Origin: an uncultured Burkholderiales bacterium
Lineage (GTDB): Bacteria; Actinomycetota; Acidimicrobiia; IMCC26256; JAGPDB01
Direction of reading: 5' to 3'
Assembly: GCA_964561855.1 (NCBI GenBank)
Contig: CAZLQP010000004.1
Location: 1,341-65,340 of the forward strand
DNA length: 64,000 nt
Shown here piece after piece: positions 8,186 to 18,937 of the stretch. Within the stretch, counting starts at the first letter, position 1, and each line of letters opens with the position of its first letter. Position numbers and translations under genes: made by a program. The notes below the pieces were generated by a model. It worked only from the letters and a program-made list of their open reading frames with translations. It was not told the DNA's origin and searched no databases.

Positions 8186-10066
8186 TCAGAGTTCAATTGT
8201 TGTTAGAGAATTTTGGGTTTCGTAGAGTTCGCTGTATAGGCCTTTGGATTTTAAAAGCTCTGAATGCGTGCCCGATTCCACTATTTCACCTTGTTTGAGA
8301 ACGATAATCTTGTCGACATTTTTTATGGTAGATAATCTATGGGCAATTATTAAAGCAGTTCGCTTTTCTAGTGCTGCATCAAAAGCTTTTTGAATCAGCG
8401 TTTCAGTCTCGGAATCAAGATGTGATGTAGCTTCATCTAAAATCACAACAGCTGGATTTTTAAGCAAAACTCGAGCAATTGCTACTCTTTGCTTTTCTCC
8501 ACCAGAGAGACGGTATCCACGTTCACCAACAACAGTTTCATATTTATCTGGTAGTGAATCAATCATGTCGTGGATTTGTGCCCGTTTAGCTGCATCGATA
8601 ATTTCTTCGATTGTTGCATCCGGCTTGGCATAACGAAGATTTTGCGCAATTGAGTCATGGAATAGATGTGGATCTTGAGTTACGACGCCAATGCTTTGTT
8701 TTAGTGAATCGAAAGTAACATCTTTTACATTTTGACCATCTAGAAGAACTTCTCCATTAGTCGGATCAAAAATTCTCGCCAGCATCATTGCAGTTGTTGT
8801 TTTTCCTGCGCCTGAAGGTCCAACCAATGCAATCTTTTCTCCTACTTCTGCAGTGAAACTAATGTTCTTTAAAATTTGCTCCTCTTTAGCAGCAGCTGTT
8901 GTAGCCGCTTTTTCCTCTAGCGATTCAAGCGTGATTTGTTCTTTAGGAAGATGAGTAAAGTTGACGTTTTTGAATTCAACTTTTCCTTTAACGTTTTTGA
9001 GTTCAACCGCATTCGGAGATTCTTTTAATGCTGGTTCGAAATCTAGAACTTCAAATACTCGATCGAAACTCACCAACGCGGTCAAAACATCAACTCGAGC
9101 ATTTGTGAGTTGCGCTAGGGGTTCATATACTCGACCTACATAGAATACAAATGCACCAATTGTTCCAGCAGTAATGGTTCCATTGATAGCAAACGAACCA
9201 CCGACATAGTAAACAACTGCCGTTCCAATAGCTGCTATTAGACCAAGTGCAGCAAAGAGCGTTCTTGTATACATCGCACTTTGAATACCAATATCAGCAA
9301 CTCTTCTGGCGCGTTGAGCAAAATAGTCTTTTTCTTCATTTGGGCGACCGAATAGTTTTACGATCAAAGCACCAGATACGTTGAACCTTTCGACAACGGT
9401 TGCATTCATAGAAGCATTTAGGTTCATTGATTCTCTCGTTGCAGCTTGAAGTTTTGATCCGACTTTGCGCGCCAGGAAAACGAATGGGGGTAACACGATG
9501 AGAGTGATCAGAGTTAGTTTCCATTCGAGTGTGAGCATTACTGACAATGTGATTACTAACGTGATGATGTTACTGACAACTGTCCCTATAGTTGAAGTGA
9601 CAGCTGTTTGAGCGCCGATTACATCGTTATTAAGTCGACTTAAAATAGAACCAGTCTGGGTGCGTGTAAAAAAAGCCAAGGGTTGTCTTTGAATGTGATC
9701 AAATAACGCAACTCGAAGGTCATAGATTAGGCCTTCACCAATTGATGCAGAATAATAACGTTGAGCAATGTTGAGCGCTGCTTCGATGATAGCTACAAAC
9801 ACGCCAGCGATTGCTAGCCAGGTGATAACTCCTAGATCTCCCTCGGTGGTTTGTGTAGGAAGTCCGTTGTCTAATAATTCCCTAAATAGAAGTGGGGGGA
9901 TAGCTCCCACTCCAGCTGCGAGGAACAAAACTCCCAAGAATAGAAGTATTGCTTTTTTGTATGGTTTAGCAAAACGCCAGACTCGCTTTATCTTGACGCG
10001 TTCTATCTTTTGTCCTTTTATAGAGCTCGAGTCATTTCTGAAGCTGCTTATTGTTTGCCAACTCAT
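8186..10066 (-). CDS. ABC exporter, fused permease/ATPase (MsbA/multidrug-type)
   Basis: N-terminal 6-TM domain. NBD with Walker A GPSGAGKTT, signature LSGGEKQR, Walker B VVILDEATS and H-loop IIAHRL. Confidence 0.9.
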   Translation of the reverse strand: MSWQTISSFRNDSSSIKGQKIERVKIKRVWRFAKPYKKAILLFLGVLFLAAGVGAIPPLLFRELLDNGLPTQTTEGDLGVITWLAIAGVFVAIIEAALNIAQRYYSASIGEGLIYDLRVALFDHIQRQPLAFFTRTQTGSILSRLNNDVIGAQTAVTSTIGTVVSNIITLVITLSVMLTLEWKLTLITLIVLPPFVFLARKVGSKLQAATRESMNLNASMNATVVERFNVSGALIVKLFGRPNEEKDYFAQRARRVADIGIQSAMYTRTLFAALGLIAAIGTAVVYYVGGSFAINGTITAGTIGAFVFYVGRVYEPLAQLTNARVDVLTALVSFDRVFEVLDFEPALKESPNAVELKNVKGKVEFKNVNFTHLPKEQITLESLEEKAATTAAAKEEQILKNISFTAEVGEKIALVGPSGAGKTTTAMMLARIFDPTNGEVLLDGQNVKDVTFDSLKQSIGVVTQDPHLFHDSIAQNLRYAKPDATIEEIIDAAKRAQIHDMIDSLPDKYETVVGERGYRLSGGEKQRVAIARVLLKNPAVVILDEATSHLDSETETLIQKAFDAALEKRTALIIAHRLSTIKNVDKIIVLKQGEIVESGTHSELLKSKGLYSELYETQNSLTTIEL

Positions 10067-10085
10067 ATATTTTTCCTAATTTCTT

Positions 10086-10622
10086 GTGTTCCTAACATAC
10101 AATAGTTTCGTGGACTTACAGAACTTTGCTTCGCAAATGATATATGCCATCGCGGCGGTGTTTTTTATTAGTTCTGTATCGAAACTAATTGATCTGCCTA
10201 AACCGAAGTTCTTGGATTTCCCTATGGACAACGCGTTTTTAGGCAAAATTAATTCAATCACAGCAAACAAAATCATTATTTTTGTTTTAGTGATCATCGA
10301 GATGCTTTTGGCCGTTACCTTGATAATTTTCAGTAATTCTGATTCAGCATTTCGTAGTGTGAGTCTTGCACTTTCAGCAATTTTGCTTGGATTCTTCACA
10401 ATCTGGACATTCCTTTTGTTTATTTTCAAGAGCGGACAGCCTTGTTTGTGTTTTGGTGCGTTATCTAAGAAAAAAGTTAGGCTCAATACAGTTATACGAA
10501 ACACCATATTGACCTCGATGGCTATTTTTGCAATATTTTCTGAACCCCAAAGACTGAGCTTTATAGGTTTGGCTTTAAGTGTGGTTGTTCTCAGTATCAT
10601 TTTGATAGAAGAAATCAGATAA
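10086..10622 (+). CDS. Integral membrane protein, MauE/DoxX-like (tentative)
   Basis: Four predicted TM helices with a GQPCLCFG motif reminiscent of MauE-type redox-associated membrane proteins. It sits upstream of ccdA. The antisense ORF 10076..10600 is judged spurious. Confidence 0.45.
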   Translation: MFLTYNSFVDLQNFASQMIYAIAAVFFISSVSKLIDLPKPKFLDFPMDNAFLGKINSITANKIIIFVLVIIEMLLAVTLIIFSNSDSAFRSVSLALSAILLGFFTIWTFLLFIFKSGQPCLCFGALSKKKVRLNTVIRNTILTSMAIFAIFSEPQRLSFIGLALSVVVLSIILIEEIR

Positions 10623-10632
10623 CCTTTAGGTC

Positions 10633-11202
10633 ATGGCAACAATAGAAAAATCTGACGAAATCCAAGATATCTTGATTATTACACCTGACGTATTTGGTGA
10701 TGAACGAGGAATGTTTGTTGAAACTTTTAGACAAGAGTGGCTTCCAGAGAACGCTCCGATGATGGTTCAAGGAAATAGGGCTACTCGCAAAAAAGGTTCT
10801 TTGGTAGGGATGCATTATCATTTACATCAAGAAGACTTTTGGTATGTGCCATTTGGAACATGTCTAGTTGCACTTCATGATTTACGCGAAGGCTCCCCAA
10901 CAAATGGTAAGAGTCAAACAATAGAAATTAGTGGTGAGAACCATAAAGGTGTATATATTCCTCGAGGGATAGCACATGGATTTTTGGCGCTGACTGATAT
11001 GACTATCACCTATCTAGTTGACAACTATTACAATGGAAGCGATGAGCTTGGTGTGCTCTATGCGGATCCAGCGCTTGGTTTCGAATGGCCATTAGATGAC
11101 CTGACGGTTTCTGAGAGAGATAATAAGAATCCGATGAGGAAAGATATAGAAGATCACTTACGTCCTGTTGCTTATGATCTTTACGATGTAGTGCCTAGAT
11201 AA
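10633..11202 (+). CDS. rmlC: dTDP-4-dehydrorhamnose 3,5-epimerase family (RmlC-like cupin)
   Basis: PDVFGDERGMFVETF, QGN..T.KKGSLVGMHYH, GVYIPRGIAHGF and ADPALGFEWP follow the RmlC pattern. No rmlABD genes are nearby. Confidence 0.65.
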   Translation: MATIEKSDEIQDILIITPDVFGDERGMFVETFRQEWLPENAPMMVQGNRATRKKGSLVGMHYHLHQEDFWYVPFGTCLVALHDLREGSPTNGKSQTIEISGENHKGVYIPRGIAHGFLALTDMTITYLVDNYYNGSDELGVLYADPALGFEWPLDDLTVSERDNKNPMRKDIEDHLRPVAYDLYDVVPR

Positions 11203-11215
11203 ACAGAGACAATAG

Positions 11216-11980
11216 ATGTTTGAAACAGATGTTACAGCCGAGCCGATTGGACTGTTCATCGCATTTGTTGGTGGAGTAGTTTCAATCCTTTCTCCTTGTG
11301 TATTGCCAATATTGCCAGGATTGTTTTCCATGGTTTCTGGAATGAGTGCTGAAGAGCTTAGAGGAGACAATCAACTTGGTCGACGTGTTTTAATACTCTG
11401 TGCATTGTTCTCCGCCGGTTTTAGTTCAGTATTCATCGTGATTGGATTAACAGCTACTGAACTCAACAGGGTATTTTTAGAAAATTCTGAGACTGCGACA
11501 AGGATTGGCGGAGTAGTGTTGATCTTTTTGGCATTGTTTTTATTGATTGGCCATCATACTAATTATCGGTTTTTTATGATTGAAAATCGGCCATTCTTAA
11601 GAGAGGGGATTACTGATTCGGGGGCTTTCATTACTGGAGCTGCATTTGGTTTCGGTTGGTCTCCGTGTATAGGTCCGATTTTGGCAGGAGTGTTGACTTA
11701 CGCTGCAATCGCAGATTCGCTCATGGCAGCAGTGTTGGTTATTTTGGCTTATTGTTTAGGGTTATCGATTGCGCTTAGTGTTGTGGTGTATAGTTCGTTT
11801 CGATATGAGCGCTTTACCAACTTTTTGAAAAGGCACTTAGATGTTTTTATTGCTTTAACAATTTCAATCATGTTGTTTTTCGGAGTTATTTTGGCAACTA
11901 ATCAGATGACATGGCTAACGAATAAGTTGATTTTGTTTTTAGATTCTGTAGGTTTAGATTCTTTAATCACGATCGGGTAG
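11216..11980 (+). CDS. ccdA: Cytochrome c-type biogenesis / thiol-disulfide electron transfer protein CcdA (DsbD family)
   Basis: Six TM helices with the two conserved Cys motifs SILSPCVLPILPG and WSPCIGPILAG. Confidence 0.85.
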   Translation: MFETDVTAEPIGLFIAFVGGVVSILSPCVLPILPGLFSMVSGMSAEELRGDNQLGRRVLILCALFSAGFSSVFIVIGLTATELNRVFLENSETATRIGGVVLIFLALFLLIGHHTNYRFFMIENRPFLREGITDSGAFITGAAFGFGWSPCIGPILAGVLTYAAIADSLMAAVLVILAYCLGLSIALSVVVYSSFRYERFTNFLKRHLDVFIALTISIMLFFGVILATNQMTWLTNKLILFLDSVGLDSLITIG

Positions 11981-11989
11981 TGTGAAATT

Positions 11990-12688
11990 ATGACGACGAT
12001 TCGGCTTGCAACTTTTAATATGCATCATGGCAAAGTCGATTTAGTTCCTTATACTCATCAAGCAATGGTTGCATCAGTTGCGGAACTTGGTGCAGATGTA
12101 GTTTGTTTGCAAGAGACAGATGTTTATTCGCTTAGAACAAGGTTGGCGCATCAACCGAGATTAGTTGGTCGAAAGCTCGACTATTTTTGGAAGTCGGGAT
12201 TCATAAGATATTTTGGAATCGGTTTTCAACACAATGCAATATTGAGTAAATTTCCAATAGTTTCTTACGAAAATATTTCGCTTCCATCTAAACAAGGACA
12301 ACAAAAACGAAAAGCTCTCATTGCTGAGATCGATGTTGAAGGCAAAATGATTAAGGTGCTGTGTACTCATCTGCATGCGATTAAAGGAATAGAAAACCAT
12401 AACCAACATGGTATAGATCAGCTTAGATTTGTTTATGAATATGCGCGTGATAAAGATATTGAGATCGTAGCTGGAGATTTCAATCAGCTCGATGATGTTG
12501 TCAAAGAAGTGTCGCAAGAGTTTGGTTTCATTGCCCCAAATGGATATCCAACGTCACCTGCAAAGAATCCTCGATACCAGATCGACTGGATTTCTTCGAG
12601 AAAATTTGGGTTGGAAAACTTAGAGGTATCGTCGATGCTTACGAGCGACCATCGGGCCTTGAGCGCCGATGTGGTGATATCTGAGTAG
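11990..12688 (+). CDS. Endonuclease/exonuclease/phosphatase (EEP) family protein
   Basis: RLATFNMHHG, VVCLQETD, VAGDFN and SDHRAL motifs in the canonical EEP order. Confidence 0.75.
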   Translation: MTTIRLATFNMHHGKVDLVPYTHQAMVASVAELGADVVCLQETDVYSLRTRLAHQPRLVGRKLDYFWKSGFIRYFGIGFQHNAILSKFPIVSYENISLPSKQGQQKRKALIAEIDVEGKMIKVLCTHLHAIKGIENHNQHGIDQLRFVYEYARDKDIEIVAGDFNQLDDVVKEVSQEFGFIAPNGYPTSPAKNPRYQIDWISSRKFGLENLEVSSMLTSDHRALSADVVISE

Positions 12689-12784
12689 TATTTTTGGTTA
12701 ATTTTGCATAATAGGTGCGACAATTTGCTTGAAGGTTTTAAGTCCTGTATCTTGAAAGACTGTCCTTTTCTAGGAAAAGCTCGC

Positions 12785-12861
<77 letters not shown>

Positions 12862-12867
12862 ATTAAA

Positions 12868-12893
12868 CCAGGTCTTCGGACCTGGCTTTTTTT
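12868..12893 (+). terminator. Intrinsic terminator after tRNA-fMet
   Basis: CCAGGTC-TTCG-GACCTGG followed by a T-run. Confidence 0.7.
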
Positions 12894-13006
12894 CCAATGT
12901 CTGATGTTTTAGATCTTCTATATACTTAGGTTGACCACACAATCGTCATTCTGAAAGATGCAAAGAATCTTAAGACATCTATTTGTGGAATGAAGAACTT
13001 GTGTTA

Positions 13007-13324
13007 TTAATGCAATTCTGCCATAAGAGCAATGATGTTAACAAAAATGAAAATTGCAACTAATAAGATATTTAGTGAATTAATTGTAATACGTGTCTTC
13101 TTGTTTTTTGCTTTGCTTGCACTTGTGATTAGCAAGATGAATAGGATCATTGGGATCAGATGAAAAATTGCGATAATTAGAATTGATGACATCGAAAGAC
13201 CCATTGGATCATCCACTACATCTACCAAGTTTGCAATAAACATGAAAGATACAAGAGTCAAGACTATGAGAACCTGAATGAATGCAGGGCGCACTTCTGA
13301 GTTGAGTCGATTATGCTTTTTCAT
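13007..13324 (-). CDS. Small membrane protein (3 TM), only gene inside the tRNA-repeat-bounded mini-island
   Basis: 105-aa ORF, very hydrophobic (FIQVLIVLTLVSFMFIANLV, ILIIAIFHLIPMILFILLI, ILLVAIFIFVNIIALM). AT-rich surroundings. Confidence 0.5.
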   Translation of the reverse strand: MKKHNRLNSEVRPAFIQVLIVLTLVSFMFIANLVDVVDDPMGLSMSSILIIAIFHLIPMILFILLITSASKAKNKKTRITINSLNILLVAIFIFVNIIALMAELH

Positions 13325-13460
13325 AGTGCAGTTCTCCGGTCTTTTACTATTCAGTGTTTACATTATTTGAATCAGCCAAAGAGCTAGTTTAGAGACTAAT
13401 TTTTGCTTGGTTTTCTCTGAAATCTAAGGAAACTGACCTAAATCAGATTTATTATTGGTG

Positions 13461-13521
13461 TCGTCGGGCTTATAACCCGAAGGTCGTTGGTTCAAATCCA
13501 ACCCCCGCCACCAATTAAACC
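13461..13521 (+). repeat. Duplicated 3' portion of the tRNA-fMet gene (att-like direct repeat of 12809..12869)
   Basis: 61 nt identical to 12809..12869 except one base in the anticodon loop (CTCATAA vs CTTATAA). There is no 5' acceptor/D-arm, so it is not a functional tRNA. It is followed by its own hairpin ACCGCAC..GTGCGGT plus a T-run (13519..13546). Confidence 0.85.
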
Positions 13522-13654
13522 GCACTCATAATGGGTGCGGTTTTTTCATTTATTTGATTTCTAAACGTATTCAAAATAAGCAATTTGACCCATATAGAAG
13601 GGTTGATAGCGGCCGAAATAATTATAGATTACAAAAAAGGTGGAATGATTTCTC

Positions 13655-16600
13655 GTGACTCTTATTCGGCGTTTGATGGTTGGCTTAATTGTTGTAGCAT
13701 TGTTCTCTTTTTCTGCTCAACTTTTTACAATAAAAGAAGCATCAGCATTGACCTTTACCGTCACCAACACAAACTCTACGGGTCCAGGATCATTTGTTCA
13801 AGCGGTACTTGATGCCAATGCTTCTGCTGGAGATGATACCATCGCATTCGATATTCCAGGTCCGGGGCCTCATATTATTTCAATGACGTCAGTTCTATCT
13901 ATTACAGATACACTCACTATCGATGCTACAGGAACTGGTGGTTCTGTTTGTGCCACGAACGAAACTCCGGCATCATGGAATGTGCAGTTGGATTTTAACT
14001 TAGGCGTAAATGCTCGCTTACATTTCGAGACTGGTTCGGATAACTCATTGGTTCGAGGACTAAGTCTCGTTGATAATGCAGATACTCCAGCCTTTATTTA
14101 TTCAGACAATGTTGGATTTGAATGTAATGCTTTTCAATTGAATCCAGATGGAACAGAAGTTTCAACCGGAAGTGGATACGTATACTTCAACCCAACTGCC
14201 AGCGGATACGTAGGAGGCCCAGATGTCTCTAATCGAAACTATTTCTTTGTTATTAGTGGGGTTCTAATCGATGGGGACGGTGGAGTCAACGTAGAGAATA
14301 ATTATTTCGGTCTGTCACTTGATGGATCATCTTCATCGAACATTGTGAATACATCTCCACATGTGAATCTTCGAAACGGTGGTACAAATGTCATCGTCGA
14401 GGATAATGTTTTTGGTGGAGGTTATCAAGCTATTGGAGGTTTCAACCTTACAGGAGATGTAAATCTTACTGCTCGTGGCAACAAAATAGGTACTACATCA
14501 TCTGGCTTAACGGGTCTTGGTCTCACTTCCACCGGAATTTATTTACATGGATCACTAGGAAACATCGCTATAGGTGGACCAACAGTTGACGATCGAAATG
14601 TCATTGCATCCAATAGTGGACATGGAATTTCCGTTATTGGCGAATCTGGAACGAGAGATTTTACGATTGAAAACAACTACATTGGTGTTTTAGCAGACGG
14701 AACAGGAGATGGTAACGGTTCTAACGGTATAGAAGTTACTTCAAGCAATCTAACTGTTGTCGACAATGTAATTTCAGACAATGGTGGTACGGGAATTGTT
14801 GGTTATGGGCCAAATGCAACTGTCCAAGGTAACAAAATTGGTACAGATCCTACAGGTGCGACAGGACTTGCTAATTCGCAAGGAGGAGTGCATCTATATC
14901 ATGGCGCATCAAATACAAACTGGACAGTTGGTGGAAGTATCGATACAGGTAATCTGATTGTAAATAATGGTGACGGTCCTGGAGTAAGAATTTATCCATC
15001 AAATGGGTATGAATCAACTGTAGATATTTCGTACAATACGCTCACTGGCAATAACGGAAATATCACATTAGATAATGGGAACGCCCAAAATATTTCTGGG
15101 TCGATTACTAACAATGTTATTGATGAATCTAGAGCACACGGGATTTTGGCATATTCGATCGGTGAACTAATGATTCAAGAAAACACAATTTCTAATTCTG
15201 ACTTGGCTGCAATTTCCTTAATCGGAGGCGATCACACAATTCAAGATAATACGATTTCTGACTCAACAACCTATGGAATTTCTTATGCGGCTGATTCAAC
15301 GGCTTCGGTAATTGATGGCAATGATATTTCCAACAGCGTTTTAGACGGAATTTATCTCACAGGCGGAATCGATGGAGATGTTCTCAACAATACAGTGACT
15401 AACTCAACGTTAGTTGGAATGAGAATTCATGGCGCGAATGTCAAAGTTGCAGGAAATACAGTCACTGAATCTGGTGAAGATGGAATAATTCTTGCATCTA
15501 GCAGTCAGTTCGATGTTCATGACAACATTGTGACAGATAATGTTAATAATGGTATTGAAACCGAGAATGGTTCAACTGGTCCGATATATAACAACATTAT
15601 TCACTCGAATGGAAACTTCAATCTTGATATCGGAAATGATGGGGTGAATAGCAATGACAATGGTGATCTCAATGATCCATTAAATCATCCATTAATTCGA
15701 GGTTTGAATGTCAATGGTGGAAATACGACCGTCATCTTTACTCTTGATGGCAGGGCGGGAGATTACCGTTTTGATATTTGTAATAACCCAAGCGGTAATC
15801 CTTCGGGGGGTGCATGTGAAGTCTTTTTAGCTACACAAACATTTAATGATGTTTCATCGGGAAATAATCAGTTTGAAATTGTTGTTTCAGGAACAGGGTT
15901 TGACCCTGAATTACTTTCTATTCAAAGTGTTAGACGAGAAGGTGGAGTAAACGTTCAGTCAAGTGAATACGGTGGATATCAACAATATGGTGTTGATTTA
16001 CAAGTCAACTACATACAAGCTGGTTCGACATTTGGAAACATAACCCATGTAGGTCCTGGAGATGAATTCGGTGTGCCCGGCGGGGTAAAACCTTATAGCA
16101 TGATGGTCCAGTTCTGTCATGTAAATGGAGAAACAGTCACTTCATTTAGTGTAAGTACATCCACAGTCAGATTTTTGATTTCTGATTTGGTTCTTTTTGA
16201 GGATTATTCCTCTGTCACCAATTTAGGATCAATTGATGACGAAGGTCTTTGGCAAGGTGAAATGCAATCTGGGGATTGTATCGTAATGTTAGTAATAGGA
16301 GAAGTGACGGGTGCTGCAGGTACTGATATTTCTTTGACTTTTGATGTGGAAATGCAAACCCTTGCCGGCGGAATCTCAGGTGAGGAATTAGATCCATCAA
16401 ATAACACAGGAACTATCACTTTACCTATCACTGATCAGCCGGACATCGTCATGGAATCAAGACTTTTGACAGAAGGCGAAATTGTTCCTGGTACGGAAGT
16501 TGAATACGAACTTCAAATCACCAACCTAGGGCCAGGTTCGTCGAATGCAGGTTTCCTCATGCTTGCATTTTTGTTGCCTGATGGAGCTGTTTTCAATGGT

Positions 16601-17455
16601 GTCGGTGATCCAGTCCCTGGTGACGGAGTGGGATTGATGGATGGAACAATGTTTGGTCTTGATCCTAGTGGGTGTACAGAACCTGTTATTGCGAGTTCTG
16701 TTGCTCCTGGCTTGGCTGCTTATGATGGCCAACTAGTTCGGTGTGTGATTAGTGTTCCGACGCCTGCTGAGCCCGGATTTTCTGCGAGACTCAATTTGGA
16801 AATGACAGCAGGGTCAGGTTTTGTTTCTGGATCGACACGAGCAATTGCAGTAGTTATTGCCTTTGATGAGTCGGAATCCATAAGTTTCATAAATCTATTT
16901 AGTGCTGGACAAGATGGTTTTGTTCTTGGATTAAACAATATCGCTTGGCTGACCTATGACGCAGACCCTTTGACTGTTACTATCAATCGTTGTAGTGGAA
17001 TTTCCGCAGTCGTACTTATTAACGATGCATGTTTCACCATTACATTTAACAAAGAAATCTATGCGCCTTCGTTCACAGTAGACGATCTAGTCCTCGAAGG
17101 TGGCGGAACTATCTACTCGTTTGTTCAAAATTCTTCGACACAATGGACTGTAAGACTTACTGGTATGACACCAGGTGGTCAAGTTCGTCTTTTGCTTGGA
17201 CCAGCTAGCGTAATTGATTATTCAGCCATTACAAATGGATCACAAGTGCTCGGAGAAAATGTTGTGCGATTTGGCACAACAGATAGTAGCTCTGGAGAAG
17301 GTAGCTCTGAAGGAAGTTTGGAAGGTACATCAAATCAACTTCCAGCGACTGGTTTTGGCACAGATATCATCACACCAATTTTAATGTTAGCCCTAGGACT
17401 TATGCTTACAAGACGATTTCGACCACGAACTAATCAAGTCACCAATAGCCCATAA
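13655..17455 (+). CDS. Giant LPXTG-anchored surface protein with parallel beta-helix (PbH1-like) repeats
   Basis: 1266 aa with GTG start and a signal peptide. The N-domain GPGSFVQAVLDANASAGDDTIAFDIPGPGPHII is related to the other two surface proteins. Dozens of repeats of type NNxIxxNxxxGI follow (NTISDSTTYGISY, NDISNSVLDGIYL, NTVTNSTLVGMRI, NIVTDNVNNGIE). The C-terminus has LPATG, a hydrophobic helix and RRFRPR. Confidence 0.85.
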   Translation: MTLIRRLMVGLIVVALFSFSAQLFTIKEASALTFTVTNTNSTGPGSFVQAVLDANASAGDDTIAFDIPGPGPHIISMTSVLSITDTLTIDATGTGGSVCATNETPASWNVQLDFNLGVNARLHFETGSDNSLVRGLSLVDNADTPAFIYSDNVGFECNAFQLNPDGTEVSTGSGYVYFNPTASGYVGGPDVSNRNYFFVISGVLIDGDGGVNVENNYFGLSLDGSSSSNIVNTSPHVNLRNGGTNVIVEDNVFGGGYQAIGGFNLTGDVNLTARGNKIGTTSSGLTGLGLTSTGIYLHGSLGNIAIGGPTVDDRNVIASNSGHGISVIGESGTRDFTIENNYIGVLADGTGDGNGSNGIEVTSSNLTVVDNVISDNGGTGIVGYGPNATVQGNKIGTDPTGATGLANSQGGVHLYHGASNTNWTVGGSIDTGNLIVNNGDGPGVRIYPSNGYESTVDISYNTLTGNNGNITLDNGNAQNISGSITNNVIDESRAHGILAYSIGELMIQENTISNSDLAAISLIGGDHTIQDNTISDSTTYGISYAADSTASVIDGNDISNSVLDGIYLTGGIDGDVLNNTVTNSTLVGMRIHGANVKVAGNTVTESGEDGIILASSSQFDVHDNIVTDNVNNGIETENGSTGPIYNNIIHSNGNFNLDIGNDGVNSNDNGDLNDPLNHPLIRGLNVNGGNTTVIFTLDGRAGDYRFDICNNPSGNPSGGACEVFLATQTFNDVSSGNNQFEIVVSGTGFDPELLSIQSVRREGGVNVQSSEYGGYQQYGVDLQVNYIQAGSTFGNITHVGPGDEFGVPGGVKPYSMMVQFCHVNGETVTSFSVSTSTVRFLISDLVLFEDYSSVTNLGSIDDEGLWQGEMQSGDCIVMLVIGEVTGAAGTDISLTFDVEMQTLAGGISGEELDPSNNTGTITLPITDQPDIVMESRLLTEGEIVPGTEVEYELQITNLGPGSSNAGFLMLAFLLPDGAVFNGVGDPVPGDGVGLMDGTMFGLDPSGCTEPVIASSVAPGLAAYDGQLVRCVISVPTPAEPGFSARLNLEMTAGSGFVSGSTRAIAVVIAFDESESISFINLFSAGQDGFVLGLNNIAWLTYDADPLTVTINRCSGISAVVLINDACFTITFNKEIYAPSFTVDDLVLEGGGTIYSFVQNSSTQWTVRLTGMTPGGQVRLLLGPASVIDYSAITNGSQVLGENVVRFGTTDSSSGEGSSEGSLEGTSNQLPATGFGTDIITPILMLALGLMLTRRFRPRTNQVTNSP

Positions 17456-17546
17456 GTTGAATTGATCTTTGGTGTGAACATTGCAATCGAAGAAACCATC
17501 AATAAAATCATTTGCTGCTGGTGAATAATCTAATTCTTTCTATTGT

Positions 17547-17996
17547 CTAAGAACTTCTAAAACTGCGTTGTGGGCCGACAGGCTGTTTGCGGGCCCATTT
17601 CATTAGACCGAAAAATATTCCTATAAGAAATACACCGAGAGGTATATGGATGCCCATGTTTCGATCTAGCCCAGTGCTTAATTGGTAGCCTTCTAAGCTA
17701 ACTACTACCAAAACGATAGGTATAACAGCAATTGGCCAACGTGCGAACCACCAGGTGAATACTGACGCGATGAGAAGTAAAGTACCGACTGCCATAATTC
17801 CAATTCCTGTATCGTAGTGATGTTTAAGCCATTCGGAACGCCCGTCTAAGAATTGACCAATCAATATTGGCTGGATCAAAAGCATAAACAAATTGATCGA
17901 CATAAGAGCCATGAAAGCTTTTACGCTATATTTTTCAATCCATTTAGGTTGTGTTTGTTCGTCTTTAACTTCTGATTTTGTCGTCATAGTAGCCAA
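17547..17996 (-). CDS. Integral membrane protein (4 TM), unknown function
   Basis: 149-aa hydrophobic ORF; no recognisable motif. Confidence 0.5.
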   Translation of the reverse strand: MATMTTKSEVKDEQTQPKWIEKYSVKAFMALMSINLFMLLIQPILIGQFLDGRSEWLKHHYDTGIGIMAVGTLLLIASVFTWWFARWPIAVIPIVLVVVSLEGYQLSTGLDRNMGIHIPLGVFLIGIFFGLMKWARKQPVGPQRSFRSS

Positions 17997-18008
17997 TCTT
18001 ATATTTAA

Positions 18009-18326
18009 CTAGGTGAGAGCAATGATATCGCGGATAATAAGCACCACGAGCAGTGCGATTACAGAGATAGAGATTACAGAAAAGTACCAACGATATCGAT
18101 GTGAGATTGAAAAGAGTTGACGCATAGCTTGAACGTTGAAACCTATTGCAATAATGCTAATTGTAATTCCGATTACAGGTTCAATCTCGCGAATGAATGT
18201 TATGGAGGGCAGAATGAATGGAAATATAACGTAGCTGAGTAGGCATCGCGTAGCCGATATTGCCAATGATTTATTTATAGTGTTATAAACATTTGGGTTC
18301 TTTGTTTCAGCTTGTTTGGTAGCCAT
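18009..18326 (-). CDS. Small integral membrane protein, unknown function
   Basis: 105-aa ORF with 3 hydrophobic segments, 12 bp upstream spacing to 17547..17996 (likely co-transcribed). Confidence 0.45.
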   Translation of the reverse strand: MATKQAETKNPNVYNTINKSLAISATRCLLSYVIFPFILPSITFIREIEPVIGITISIIAIGFNVQAMRQLFSISHRYRWYFSVISISVIALLVVLIIRDIIALT

Positions 18327-18418
18327 TCATTAATCTTAGGTATTGTTTCTGGTAATTCAACCATTGAAGGTACCTGACACTCGTTCGATTTAGTTGCAAA
18401 CCTTAGTTTTGGGATCCG

Positions 18419-18856
18419 TTATGCACACCAATCAATAGTTGTGCTAGCTCGTAGGGTTGAGCTGTTGAAATCAACTCGCCCAAAAGCTTGAAAACATTGC
18501 GTATTTGAAGGGTTGCGTAGTAGATAGGTAACTGACTGAAATCTTCCAGAAATCTGTGGATACATGATTCTATATACTGCTTCTCTGCTGCTATTTCTTC
18601 TAATGCTGACGTATGTTCCACTCGCTTTACTTCCAGTGGCATTGTTTACTTGAGCGAAGAAGTGGCCATTGCTGCAGTTAAACACTCTTAAAGTTCCGAC
18701 AGTAGCGCCGTTGCGAACAATATTTTTAGTTCTATAAGTTGTTCGTCCGCTGCAATCGGTATAGCTTGATCCGTCTGCTGCGCTTGCTGGCATTGCTGTC
18801 ATGATAAGCGAGATTATGACAAGTGCGGATATTAAAAAGATATGTTTGAATTTCAT
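18419..18856 (-). CDS. Small secreted cysteine-containing protein, unknown function
   Basis: Signal peptide MKFKHIFLISALVIISLIMTAMPASA. The mature part is about 119 aa with 4 Cys (C..C..C..C, the last being penultimate). The overlapping ORF 18403..18642 is judged spurious. Confidence 0.55.
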   Translation of the reverse strand: MKFKHIFLISALVIISLIMTAMPASAADGSSYTDCSGRTTYRTKNIVRNGATVGTLRVFNCSNGHFFAQVNNATGSKASGTYVSIRRNSSREAVYRIMYPQISGRFQSVTYLLRNPSNTQCFQAFGRVDFNSSTLRASTTIDWCA

Positions 18857-18937
18857 TTAGTTCCCCTATCTAAAAGAATGCGCAAATTCTATGAAGAAAT
18901 GGAATTTCAGTCAATTCAGCTTATATAGAATGAAGTT

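Noticed and set aside
10076-10600. 174-aa minus-strand ORF overlapping 10086..10622
   Set aside because: Only one strand can be coding. The plus-strand product has regular TM helices and a CxCFG motif and fits the operon direction with rmlC-like and ccdA genes. The minus-strand product is judged spurious.
12862-13460. Active prophage or integrative element at the tRNA-fMet locus
   Set aside because: There is no integrase, excisionase or phage gene between or next to the direct repeats, and only 599 bp is enclosed. It is reported as an att-like scar, not as a mobile element.
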